A stretch of 59,944 nucleotides of DNA from Candidatus Limnocylindrales bacterium (lineage in GTDB: Bacteria; Chloroflexota; Limnocylindria; Limnocylindrales; CSP1-4), in assembly GCA_038230295.1 (NCBI GenBank), contig JBBRNM010000006.1:1-59944 (forward strand). The letters are read 5' to 3'. The notes under the pieces were generated by a model, which saw nothing but the letters and a program-made list of their open reading frames with translations, made no database searches and had not been told where the DNA came from. Below, in pieces: positions 30,190-39,419 of this stretch. How positions within the stretch are numbered: the first letter of the stretch is position 1; each line of letters begins with the position of its first letter. Position numbers and translations under genes: made by a program.

Positions 30190-30219
30190 GGCGCGATTGT
30201 GCCATGCGCCTCAAAGCGA

Positions 30220-30966
30220 TCAGGAGCCCGGGGCGCGCCGCTCGAGGTGGCTGAAGAACTCGGCGCGGGTCCGGTCGCGGGATCGGAAGAGGCCGAGCAC
30301 GGCCGAGGTGGTCATGACGGTCCCGGGCTTCCGGATGCCTCGCATGATCGCGCAGAGGTGATGGGCCTCCACGACCACGCCGACACCCTGCGGCCCGAGC
30401 CGCTCGTTCAGGAACTCCCCGATCTGCTGGGTCAGGCGCTCCTGGACCTGCAAGCGGCGGGCATACATCTCCACGATTCGCGGGATCTTCGACAGGCCGA
30501 TGACCCGGCCCCGCGGGATGTAGGCAACCGCGACCGTCCCGAAGAACGGGAGCAGGTGGTGCTCGCAAAGCGAGTAGAACGGGATGTCCTTCACGACGAC
30601 CATCTCGGAGTAGTCGACGTCGTAGATCGCGTCGTTGACGAGCCGCTCCGGATCGACGTGGTACCCGGCGGTCAGCTCGGCGTACATCCGGTGGACCCGA
30701 TCCGGTGTTCCACGGAGGCCGTCTCGATCGGGATCCTCGCCGATCTCGAGGAGGATCTCGCGGACGGCTTCCTCGACGGCGCCATACGGCTCGTGGAGCG
30801 AGCCGGTGCCCTGGATCGGCTGGGCCCGGTCGAGATCGGCCAGCAGCTCTGCATCGCCGATCAGGCGCCGTTCGTCATCGACCCCACCGTGCTCGCCCGT
30901 CGACTCGCCGATCTCGGTCTCGATCTCGGAGACGAGCCGGCGGACATGATCAGGCAGTCGGGGCAT
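30220..30966 (-). CDS. folE: GTP cyclohydrolase I
   Basis: [40 protein letters not shown]; ~60-aa N-terminal extension. Confidence 0.96.
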   Translation of the reverse strand: MPRLPDHVRRLVSEIETEIGESTGEHGGVDDERRLIGDAELLADLDRAQPIQGTGSLHEPYGAVEEAVREILLEIGEDPDRDGLRGTPDRVHRMYAELTAGYHVDPERLVNDAIYDVDYSEMVVVKDIPFYSLCEHHLLPFFGTVAVAYIPRGRVIGLSKIPRIVEMYARRLQVQERLTQQIGEFLNERLGPQGVGVVVEAHHLCAIMRGIRKPGTVMTTSAVLGLFRSRDRTRAEFFSHLERRAPGS

Positions 30967-30967
30967 C

Positions 30968-32080
30968 TCAGCGGGATGGTACGCCCGGCTCGGTCGAGCC
31001 CGAGCCGATCTGCGCCCTGGGCCGTCCCGCGGCGCCCCGGAGCCACTGGACCGCGTTGGCACCCAAGGACGGCAGGTGGTAGCCGCCCTCCTGGAGGATG
31101 ACGAGCTGCCGCCCCAGTGCCGCCACCCGGCGACCGATCTCATGGTAGACAGGCGTCGTCAGGGCGAGGTCGCAGATCGGGTCGTCGACGTAGGTGTCGA
31201 AGCCGAGGGAAACCACGACGAAATGGCCGCTGGTCGCGTCGATCGCCTCGAGGGCCCGATCGAGCGCCGCCAGGTACGACGTGTTGTTCGTTCCGGCCGG
31301 CAGCGGGATGTTGAGATTGGCGCCGGCGCCCTCCCCTTCCCCGCGCTCGTTGGCATGGCCGATGAAGAACGGATAGATCCGGGCCGGATCGCCGTGCAGC
31401 GAGACGTAGAGGACGTCGCCCCGGCGCCAGAAGATCTGCTGGCTGCCGTTGCCGTGGTGGAAGTCGAGGTCGAGGATCGCCACCGGCTCACCGGTCTCCC
31501 GGACGAGCTCCTGCGCGGCGATGGCCGCGTTGTTGAAGAAGCAGTAGCCGGCGGCCATCGATCGGGCGGCGTGGTGGCCCGGCGGCCGACACAGGCCGTA
31601 GACGGCCCGCTCGCCGCCGAGGGCCAGGTCGACGGCCGTGAGGGCCACGTCGACGGCCCAGCGAGCGGCTTCGTAGGTCCCGGCGACGATCGGGTTGGCC
31701 GTGTCGAGGCCCCACCAGCCGGCGCGACCTTCCACGGCCGTCGGCTCCGGGATCCGCCCGATTGCCTCGGCGCTCATGCCCTCGTACAACCCCCGGGATG
31801 GATAGGTGTCGGCGACGAGGTAGTCCGGGTGCCGCGATCGACGTTCGAAGTCGGGCCAGGCGGCCTCGAGGAACCGCACGAGGCCCGGATCGTGGACCGC
31901 GAGGATGGGCTCCTCGCCGTGCTCGGTCGGGGCGACGATCTCGAAGCCACCATCGGCGATGAGCGCCGCGCGGATCAGCTCGGCCCGCTCTGCGACCTCG
32001 TGCGCGGCGACCGGCTGGCCGAGCCACGTCTCGCGGGTCACGTCATGCGCGCGGTGGTGGGACGTGTAGACGGCTCTCAC
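30968..32080 (-). CDS. Histone deacetylase family enzyme (acetylpolyamine amidohydrolase-like)
   Basis: [33 protein letters not shown]. Confidence 0.93.
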   Translation of the reverse strand: MRAVYTSHHRAHDVTRETWLGQPVAAHEVAERAELIRAALIADGGFEIVAPTEHGEEPILAVHDPGLVRFLEAAWPDFERRSRHPDYLVADTYPSRGLYEGMSAEAIGRIPEPTAVEGRAGWWGLDTANPIVAGTYEAARWAVDVALTAVDLALGGERAVYGLCRPPGHHAARSMAAGYCFFNNAAIAAQELVRETGEPVAILDLDFHHGNGSQQIFWRRGDVLYVSLHGDPARIYPFFIGHANERGEGEGAGANLNIPLPAGTNNTSYLAALDRALEAIDATSGHFVVVSLGFDTYVDDPICDLALTTPVYHEIGRRVAALGRQLVILQEGGYHLPSLGANAVQWLRGAAGRPRAQIGSGSTEPGVPSR

Positions 32081-32427
32081 GACGGGAATCGTAGCGGCTC
32101 AGGCGCCCGCCCCGGGGCCGGCCCGCGCCCGGCATGGGCGCCTCCACAACCTCCCTCGTATCCGCGAGTTTCTTCTCGATTACTACCGCCCGTAATCCGC
32201 GGCGAGCAGGAGCGTGCCACGTCCCGCCATTTCCGATCCCCCATTGATGAGCGGCGAGATTAGGGAGGCGCTGGGGTTCGCGGAGTCGCTCGACGGGACG
32301 TCGCGTATTACTCGGAGTGCTGACTGGCGAGACCGCGAGCCCGGACACGAAACCCGACGATGGGCTTCGGGATTCCGGCGCGGGCCGGTCGTGGTTCCCT
32401 CCCGCGCCGGGCTACGATCTTCCAGCC

Positions 32428-32841
32428 ATGCCAAAACGGATTCGCGGATCGCAACGGGGTCGCGATCGGGCCACTGCGCGAGCGGCCGCCTTCGAGCGGC
32501 TCGTGGATCGCTCGCTCGCGTCGATCCCGTCGCCGTTCCGGGAGAGCCTCGAGGAGGTCGCCGTCGTCATCGAGGACGAACCATCCGCAGAGCAGCTTGA
32601 GGAGAACGGCCTCGATCTCGACGAGACCATGTACGGGCTCTACGAGGGCGTGCCGCGGATCGAATGGGGCGCCGACCTCGCGATCGCGCCCAACCGAATC
32701 ACGCTGTTCCGACTCCCGCTCGAAGAAGACTTTCCCGATCCGGTCGAGCTCGAGGAAGAGGTCCGGCGAACGGTCGTCCACGAGCTCGGACACCATCTCG
32801 GCATCGAGGACGACCGCCTCGACGAGCTGGGGATCGGCTGA
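32428..32841 (+). CDS. Zincin-like metallopeptidase family protein
   Basis: YGLYEGVP, PNRITLFR, TVVHELGHHLG (HExxH). Confidence 0.88.
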   Translation: MPKRIRGSQRGRDRATARAAAFERLVDRSLASIPSPFRESLEEVAVVIEDEPSAEQLEENGLDLDETMYGLYEGVPRIEWGADLAIAPNRITLFRLPLEEDFPDPVELEEEVRRTVVHELGHHLGIEDDRLDELGIG

Positions 32842-32871
32842 CTCGGGCCCCCATTTCGGGAGCGCGGTTCG

Positions 32872-33954
32872 TCACCGCAGCGAAGCGATGCCGCTGAGGG
32901 CGCCGAGCGCGAGGAGGCCCATCAAGGCCACCATCGGGCGGGTGATCCAGCGGAACTTCGGCCGCACATCCGCCTCCGGTCGGCGGGCGCGGTCGAGCCC
33001 ACCCGCATAGAACGTCAGACCGAGAAATGCCGCGACCTGCGGCGCCACGACGATCGCAGAGACCGTGAATGCCAGTGAGCCGAGCGCGACGACGAACGCG
33101 AGGATGCCGATCACGACGAGCACCAGGGAGAACCACCCGGCGTCGACGCCGAGGTGCAGGAACTGGCCGACGCGGACGATGATGCCGAGGCCGGCCGAGA
33201 GCGCGAACGTCTGGATCGCGCTCGCGGCGAACGTGAATAGCGCCACGACGATCGCGATCGTCGGCCTCGCTCGAGCCAGCCGCACCGAGCGCCAAATTGA
33301 CTCCGAGGCGCCGACATCGCCGAGCACGATCCCGGTCGCAACGTAGCCGAACGGAGCGGTGACGAGCGTCGCGACGAGGGTGGCGATCAAGGACGCGCCC
33401 TGGCTCGACCCATTGAGGTCCCCCAGGGCGGCGAGGACGATGAGCTGGGCGACGAGGGCGACGATTCCGACCAGGAAGGCTGCGCCGACCATTCGCCAGA
33501 AGACCTGTCGGGCCCGGATGGTCGCGTCTCGGAGGGTGAAGGCCCGGCCGCCGGCACGAGCCGCGAGCAGGGAGATGGCAATGAGCCGGCCGTCGATCGT
33601 CACCGCCAACCAGCCGAAGATCGCACCGCCCGCAAGCGCCTCGAGACCGATGAACGCCGCGAGCGCGGACCGGTTGGCGAAAAGGAGTCCCTGGAACGAA
33701 TCGACATTCGTGACGCTGAAGTGAACGACGACCGCGATCCCGTACAGGAGCGTGGGCCCGAGTAGACCCAGCGACAGGAGCCCGATGTAGAGCGACGCCC
33801 ACCGCAGCTCGCCGCTGACGCCGGAGGCGAGCTGCAGGCCGTACGTCACGACGCGTCGCGGGCCGGGGAGCTCGTACGTTCGCAAGCTGGGCGGAAGCGC
33901 CTCAGCGAGATCGCCCGGACGCGGGGCCTCCGGGCTCAGCTCCTGCTCGGTCAT
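32872..33954 (-). CDS. Hypothetical multi-pass membrane protein
   Basis: 360 aa with about 7 hydrophobic segments; ATGA-coupled to the upstream dehydratase. Confidence 0.75.
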   Translation of the reverse strand: MTEQELSPEAPRPGDLAEALPPSLRTYELPGPRRVVTYGLQLASGVSGELRWASLYIGLLSLGLLGPTLLYGIAVVVHFSVTNVDSFQGLLFANRSALAAFIGLEALAGGAIFGWLAVTIDGRLIAISLLAARAGGRAFTLRDATIRARQVFWRMVGAAFLVGIVALVAQLIVLAALGDLNGSSQGASLIATLVATLVTAPFGYVATGIVLGDVGASESIWRSVRLARARPTIAIVVALFTFAASAIQTFALSAGLGIIVRVGQFLHLGVDAGWFSLVLVVIGILAFVVALGSLAFTVSAIVVAPQVAAFLGLTFYAGGLDRARRPEADVRPKFRWITRPMVALMGLLALGALSGIASLR

Positions 33955-34967
33955 GCGACCGCAATCGGAGCAGCCAGCGCGAGGAGCTCGCCGAGGCGCG
34001 CCATATCCACGTTGCCGCCCGACAGGATGACGCAGACCGTCTCGCCCGAGCGGACGGGGATTCGGCCCGTGAAGAGGGCGGCGAGCCCCGCGGCACCGGC
34101 TGGTTCGAGAACCTGCTTGGTTCGCTCGAGCGCGAACCGCATCGCCGAGAGGATCGAGGCGTCGTCGACCAGCACGACGTCCTCGACGTAGCGCCTCGCC
34201 ATGGCGATGTTCAGCGCACCGGCGTAGGGCCCGTTCAGCCCATCGGCCACGCTCCGGGGCTGGATCGTGACCGGGTGCCCGGCCGCGAGACCCTGTCGGA
34301 GCGCATCGGAACCCTCGGGCTCGACCCCGAACACCCGCGCCGATGGTCGCGCCTCGCGGATCGCCGCGGACGTTCCGGCGACGAGGCCGCCGCCGCCGAC
34401 CGGGACCACCACCACGTCCACCTCGGGCAGGTCCTCGATGATCTCGAGCCCGACCGAGGCATGCCCGGCGACGACCTCGGGATCGTCGAATGGATGACAG
34501 AAGACGAGGTCCCTCTCGCTGCGGATCCGCTCCATCGCCGCCAGCGCTTCGCTCACGTCGACGCCCTCGAGGACGACCTCCGCGCCATAGCCACGGCAGG
34601 CGGCGACCTTCGAGGCGTTCGCGCCGACCGGCATAACGACGATCACGGGCACGCCCGCGGCTTTGCCGGCATAGGCGTAGCCCTGGCCCGCATTGCCGGC
34701 CGAGATCGTGATGATTCCGCGGCGACGCTCGTCCTCGGAGAGCGTGGACACCTTGGCGACGCTGCCGCGCGGCTTGTACGAGCCCGTCTTTTGGAGGTGC
34801 TCGGCCTTGAGGTAGACCCGGCCGCCGGCGATCCCGGTCCCGGTTGCGGCCTCGAGCACTCGGGCCGCGGCAGAGGACGAGAGGAGCGGTGTCCGATGCA
34901 CGCTGCCGGCGATTCGGGCTCGCGCAGCCGCGATTCGCTCGGGCGTCACGATCTCGGCGTCTGGCAC
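33951..34967 (-). CDS. PLP-dependent threonine/serine dehydratase family enzyme
   Basis: RTPL, LKAEHLQKTGSYKPRG, SAGNAG, VPVGGGGL, EPAGA, LSGGN; no ACT domain. Confidence 0.93.
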   Translation of the reverse strand: MPDAEIVTPERIAAARARIAGSVHRTPLLSSSAAARVLEAATGTGIAGGRVYLKAEHLQKTGSYKPRGSVAKVSTLSEDERRRGIITISAGNAGQGYAYAGKAAGVPVIVVMPVGANASKVAACRGYGAEVVLEGVDVSEALAAMERIRSERDLVFCHPFDDPEVVAGHASVGLEIIEDLPEVDVVVVPVGGGGLVAGTSAAIREARPSARVFGVEPEGSDALRQGLAAGHPVTIQPRSVADGLNGPYAGALNIAMARRYVEDVVLVDDASILSAMRFALERTKQVLEPAGAAGLAALFTGRIPVRSGETVCVILSGGNVDMARLGELLALAAPIAVA

Positions 34968-35006
34968 GCGCGGACTATACCGTCGCGACCATCCCACGGG
35001 CCGGGT

Positions 35007-35037
35007 AGTTGCGAGATTGCGCAACTGCTGACATACT
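35007..35037 (+). promoter_or_regulatory. SigA-type promoter with an overlapping inverted repeat (putative ArsR operator)
   Basis: TTGCGA-N17-CATACT; AGTTGCG-N6-CGCAACT at 35007-35026; ATG 7 nt after the -10. Confidence 0.6.
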
Positions 35038-35044
35038 TTCGGGG

Positions 35045-35341
35045 ATGACACTCGAGCTCGAGCCCGCCGAAGCCGGCTACCAGCGCACGGCCGTCGTTGG
35101 CCGCGCCCTTGCCGACGCCAAACGGCTCTGCGTGCTCGAGTCCCTCGCCGCGGGCGAGCTCTCCGTGAGCGACCTCGCATCGAGGGTCGCCTGCCAGGTG
35201 CCGAACATGAGTCAGCACCTGGCCGTCCTGCGCTCCGCCGGCCTGGTCGCAACCCGGCGCGAGGGCAGCACCGTGTTTTACCGCCTCTCCGACCCGCGGG
35301 TCCTCGAGGCCTATCACCTGTTGCAGTCGATCGCCCGCTAG
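35045..35341 (+). CDS. ArsR/SmtB family transcriptional regulator
   Basis: ALADAKRLCVL, ELSVSDLA, MSQHLAVLRSAGLVATRREG..FYRL. Confidence 0.93.
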   Translation: MTLELEPAEAGYQRTAVVGRALADAKRLCVLESLAAGELSVSDLASRVACQVPNMSQHLAVLRSAGLVATRREGSTVFYRLSDPRVLEAYHLLQSIAR

Positions 35342-35397
35342 GGCGAATGAAGACGGGCCTGCGGGCCCACCCGCTCCGCGGGAGAAAGGATCACCCG

Positions 35398-35772
35398 ATG
35401 GCGATCAAGACCGCCACCGACGCCACCTTCGAGGAGGTGGTCCTCAAGAACGACAAGCCCGTCGTCGTCGACTTCTGGGCCGCCTGGTGCGGTCCCTGCA
35501 AGCTTGTCGCGCCCGAGATGGAGAAGCTCGCGGCGAAGTACGAGGGGGCCATCGACATCGTCAAAGTCGACGTCGATGCCAACCCCGGGCTTTCCCGCTC
35601 GTTCAACATCATGAGCATCCCGACGATCGCGTTCTTCGCTCCCGGCAAACAGCCGATGGGTGTCGTGGGCTTCCGGCCCGCCGAGCAGCTCGAGGACCAG
35701 TTCGGCCTCAAGCAGTACCCGGTCATCACCGCCCCGGCAGAGGCCACGAGCGGGACCGCCGCCGACGCCTGA
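35398..35772 (+). CDS. trxA: Thioredoxin
   Basis: VDFWAAWCGPCK, SIPT; AAGGA RBS. Confidence 0.96.
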   Translation: MAIKTATDATFEEVVLKNDKPVVVDFWAAWCGPCKLVAPEMEKLAAKYEGAIDIVKVDVDANPGLSRSFNIMSIPTIAFFAPGKQPMGVVGFRPAEQLEDQFGLKQYPVITAPAEATSGTAADA

Positions 35773-35836
35773 CCGGAGCGGGAGGAGCTCCCGCCGGCTC
35801 ATTTTTCAATCCGACCCCGGTCATCGACCGGGGTCG
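35773..35836. terminator. Two hairpins between convergent genes (likely bidirectional terminator)
   Basis: GCGGGA/TCCCGC stem with a downstream TTTTT; perfect 11-bp CGACCCCGGTC/GACCGGGGTCG at 35812-35836. Confidence 0.65.
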
Positions 35837-35856
35837 TTCCGTGTCCGGTGCCCCGG

Positions 35857-37221
35857 TCAGTCCGCGACGGTCACGAACGCGTCGAAGAACCGGCCCGTGA
35901 TCCGGACCGCAGCGGCGGCGTAGTCGAGGCGGAAGCTCTCGTCCGGCGCGTGGGCCCGACATTCCTCGTCCGATCCGCCGAGCGTCGTGATGGGCACATT
36001 GCCGCTCGCGCAGACGACGTGCATCGGCGCCGTCCCGGCAGCCGAAAGATCGTGGATCGCGGACTTGCCGAGGACTTCCTCGGAGACGCGAATCGCGGCG
36101 GCCAGGATCGGGTGGTCTGGCGGCGTCCAGTAGGCTCGGTACTGGAACGAGAACGGCCGGACCTCGATGTCGCCGAAGCCCTGCCGCTCGAGATGGCGAC
36201 CCACGGCGGCGATGATCTCGTCTGGGTCCTGGTCGGGCACGAGCCGGAGGTCGAGTCTCGCGTGGGCCTCGGCCGGCGTGATGGTCTTGCCGCCCGGCCC
36301 GATGTAGCCGGACCAGACGCTCTGGAGGTTGCACGTCGGCTCCAGCGTCAAGATCCGAATCGCCTCCTGGCCCGATCGCCCGCCGACGAAGGCTTCGATG
36401 CCGAAGACGCCCCGTACCTCGTCGATCGCGTCGTCGGGAATCGCTGCGAGGACGGCGAGCTGGGCCTTCGTGGGCGGGAGGACGCCGGCCCGGAGGCCTT
36501 CCACGACCGGGGCCCCGTCCGCGTCCCAGAACGTGGCCAGCGCCTTGACCATCCGGATCGCCGCGCTCGGGAGGAGGTTGGAGAGACTGGAATGCGCGTC
36601 GTAGCGGATCGTCCGACAGACGAGCTCGGCAGCCACCATTCCCCGGGTTCCCCCAACGACCTGGGGGCGTCCCTGCAGGTCGATCCCACCGCCTTCGATG
36701 AGGGCGCCCGCGGCCTCGCGGAGGCCGGTCCGTTGATCGAGGAGCTGCGCGAAATGCTCGCTCCCCGACTCCTCCTCGCCCTCCACGAGGAACCGGACGC
36801 GGCACGGCAGCTCGCCGATGGCGGCCTGATAGGCCTCGACCGCCCAGATCCTCGCCAGCAGCTCGCCCTTGTTGTCCGCGGCGCCCCGGGCGTAGAGCCG
36901 GCCGTTGCGAACCTGGGCCTCGTATGGCGGGCTGGTCCAGAGCTCGAGCGGGACCGCCGGCTGGACGTCGTAGTGCTGGACGGCGTTGAGGATCGAGCCG
37001 GAACCGACGTCGCCGACGACGAGCGGCGGCACGCCATCGAGCTCCACGACATCCACGGCCGCGCCGAGGCGGCGGAGGCGAGCGGCGGTCCACTCGGCGG
37101 CCCGGCGGAGCGCAGCGGGATCCGACGCCTCGGAGCCAATCGAGCAGTACTCGAGCAGCTCCTCGGTCCAGGCTGCCATGTGGTCCGCGACGTAACGGTC
37201 GAGCGCGTCGTAGGTCGTCAA
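35857..37221 (-). CDS. M20/M25/M40 family metallo-hydrolase (paralog B)
   Basis: QHYDVQP, ARGAADNKG, EGEEE, DAHSS, AHAPDE. Confidence 0.92.
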   Translation of the reverse strand: MTTYDALDRYVADHMAAWTEELLEYCSIGSEASDPAALRRAAEWTAARLRRLGAAVDVVELDGVPPLVVGDVGSGSILNAVQHYDVQPAVPLELWTSPPYEAQVRNGRLYARGAADNKGELLARIWAVEAYQAAIGELPCRVRFLVEGEEESGSEHFAQLLDQRTGLREAAGALIEGGGIDLQGRPQVVGGTRGMVAAELVCRTIRYDAHSSLSNLLPSAAIRMVKALATFWDADGAPVVEGLRAGVLPPTKAQLAVLAAIPDDAIDEVRGVFGIEAFVGGRSGQEAIRILTLEPTCNLQSVWSGYIGPGGKTITPAEAHARLDLRLVPDQDPDEIIAAVGRHLERQGFGDIEVRPFSFQYRAYWTPPDHPILAAAIRVSEEVLGKSAIHDLSAAGTAPMHVVCASGNVPITTLGGSDEECRAHAPDESFRLDYAAAAVRITGRFFDAFVTVAD

Positions 37222-38615
37222 TGCTTCTCCTCGATCTCGGCGAACTCGTCCAAGAATCGGCCCGTCATCTGCGCTGCCAGGGCCGCGCCGGCAAGGCTCC
37301 AGCTCTCGTCAGGGGCGTGCATTCGGGCCTCGTCATCGGAGGAGCCGAGACTCGTCGCCGGCAGGTTCCTCTCGGCACAGACGTCGTAGAGCGGCTCCGT
37401 CCCGGGGGCGGACAGCCGCTGGATCGCCGTCGTGCCGAGGACGGCCTCCGACGCCCGGATCGCAGCCTCGATGATCGGGTCGTCGGCCGGCGTCCACCAC
37501 GCCGGGTAGTTCTCATCCGACACGATGAGCTGGATGTCGCTATAGCCGTGGCCCTCGAGGTGCCCCCGGACGGCCTCGACAACCGCGTCCGGCTGCTGGC
37601 TCGGGACGAGCCGGATGTCGAGCCGAGCGTGGGCCTCGGCCGGGGTGATCGTCTTGTCGCCGGGACCCGTGTAGCCCGACCACAAGCCCTGGAGGTTGCA
37701 GGTCGTGCCGAACGTGAGGACCTCGAGCGCCTCGAGCCCTTCCCGACCCGCGACGAGGCGATCCGTCCCATAGACGCCGAACAGGTCGCGAATCTCGTCG
37801 ATCGGCGATCCCTCGAGCAGGGCCCTGTCGGCACTCGTCGGCGGGCGGACGCCCGCCTCGAGGCCGGCCACCTGCGGCACGCCCTCGGCATCCCAGAACG
37901 TCGAAAGGGCGGCGACGAGGCGGCCGGCGGCGTTCGGCAGCAGGTTGGCGAGGCTCGAATGGGCGTCGTAGGCGATCGTCCGGCAGACGAGCTCGACGCT
38001 CACCATCCCGCGGACACCGCCGTACACGACGGGTCGGCCGCGGCTGTCGATCTCGCCGCCTTCGGAGAGGACACCATCGGCCTCGCGGATCCCCGGGCGG
38101 AGGTCGAGCAGCGGGCCAAAATTCGCGCCGCCGCCTTCCTCCTCGCCCTGGATGAGAAATCGCAGCCGGCACGGCAGTTCGCCGATGGTCGCGAGATAGG
38201 CCTCGACCGCCCAGATCCGCGCCAGGAGCTCGCCCTTGTTGTCGCTGGCGCCGCGGGCGTAGAGGCGGCCGCCGCGCACGTTCGGCTCGTACGGCGGCGT
38301 CGTCCACAGCTCCAGCGGAACCGCGGGCTGAACGTCGTAATGCTGGACCGCGAGCAGCGAGCGACCCGCCCCGAGCTCGCCGACGACCAGGGGCGGCGCG
38401 CCGTCCTTCTCGACCACGTCGACGTCGGCGCGGAGGCGCCGCAGTCGTGCTGCACACCAGTCCGCTGCACGCCGGAGAGCGCCCTCGTCGCCGGCCTCCG
38501 ATGGGATCGCGCAGAACCTCACGAGCTCCTCGGTCCAGGCCGGCATGGCATCGCTGATATAGCGGTCGAAGGCCGCGTAGTCGCGCGCGGTCGCGCGCGG
38601 CTGGACCGCGGTCAC
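37218..38615 (-). CDS. M20/M25/M40 family metallo-hydrolase (paralog A)
   Basis: QHYDVQP, ARGASDNKG, QGEEE, DAHSS, MHAPDE; GTG coupled to the upstream gene. Confidence 0.92.
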   Translation of the reverse strand: MTAVQPRATARDYAAFDRYISDAMPAWTEELVRFCAIPSEAGDEGALRRAADWCAARLRRLRADVDVVEKDGAPPLVVGELGAGRSLLAVQHYDVQPAVPLELWTTPPYEPNVRGGRLYARGASDNKGELLARIWAVEAYLATIGELPCRLRFLIQGEEEGGGANFGPLLDLRPGIREADGVLSEGGEIDSRGRPVVYGGVRGMVSVELVCRTIAYDAHSSLANLLPNAAGRLVAALSTFWDAEGVPQVAGLEAGVRPPTSADRALLEGSPIDEIRDLFGVYGTDRLVAGREGLEALEVLTFGTTCNLQGLWSGYTGPGDKTITPAEAHARLDIRLVPSQQPDAVVEAVRGHLEGHGYSDIQLIVSDENYPAWWTPADDPIIEAAIRASEAVLGTTAIQRLSAPGTEPLYDVCAERNLPATSLGSSDDEARMHAPDESWSLAGAALAAQMTGRFLDEFAEIEEKH

Positions 38616-38926
38616 CGCGTGCCTCCCCGTTGATTGGCCCGCCGCGCGGCCAGCGCGAACCAGGCCTCGAGCCGGTCGATCGCGTGGTCGTCGAGCGTCC
38701 GGGGGTGGAAGCGGATCCACTCAGGGCCGTGCGGCGAGGGGTCGGTGTCGGGCGTCTGGCTGGCCGCCGCGGCGATGGCGGGATCCAGGCGCAGCTCGAC
38801 GCCGTTCTCCGTCAGCTTCGCGAACGTGACGCCGCCGGCGCTCCAGGCAATGGCGTTACCGTCGGTCGTGGCGTCCGGCGCACCGAGCTTCTCGAGGATG
38901 GCGGCCAATCCCGCGCGATCGGTCAC
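38612..38926 (-). CDS. Small hypothetical protein (possible YjbR/TfoX-like fold)
   Basis: 104 aa, GTGA-coupled at both ends; WSAGGVTFAKL...EWIRF...LEAWFALA pattern. Confidence 0.65.
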   Translation of the reverse strand: MTDRAGLAAILEKLGAPDATTDGNAIAWSAGGVTFAKLTENGVELRLDPAIAAAASQTPDTDPSPHGPEWIRFHPRTLDDHAIDRLEAWFALAARRANQRGGTR

Positions 38927-39399
38927 CCCGCCCCTTCGAGGACGGCGTCGAGATCGGCTGCGTGGTCGGCGTAGTGGTCGATCGTCTCGTCGATGAAGTA
39001 GCGCAAGTTGTCGCTGTGCTTGAGCCAGCGCGACTCGGGCACGACCGTGAGGTAGCCTCGCAGCTCGCCGGGAACGGCCCGGAGGCGCCGCCGAACCTCG
39101 TCGATCGGCAATGTTCGCCACTCCACGATGCTGGCATCGTTCATCGCGTCGCCGCCAGCATCCCACTGGGCGTCGAATCGCGCCTTCGTGGCACTGTCCG
39201 GACCGATCGCGAGATCGTTGGCCACGGCAAGGGCCCACGACTGCCCGGCAACGAGATGCCCGATCAGGTCCCGTCCGGACCACCCGTGGGCCCCCTCGAC
39301 GGGCTCGTCGAGCTGCTGGTCGGTGAGGCCGTCAAGGGCCTCGAAAGGGCGCCAGGCCTCGCGCTCCTCCTCGAGAAACTCGAGCGCGTTCAGATACAT
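38923..39399 (-). CDS. DinB superfamily four-helix-bundle protein
   Basis: GWSGRDLIGHL and HYADH motifs; GAGAGGGA RBS. Confidence 0.85.
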   Translation of the reverse strand: MYLNALEFLEEEREAWRPFEALDGLTDQQLDEPVEGAHGWSGRDLIGHLVAGQSWALAVANDLAIGPDSATKARFDAQWDAGGDAMNDASIVEWRTLPIDEVRRRLRAVPGELRGYLTVVPESRWLKHSDNLRYFIDETIDHYADHAADLDAVLEGAG

Positions 39400-39419
39400 A
39401 TCGTGGTCCCTCTCGACCG

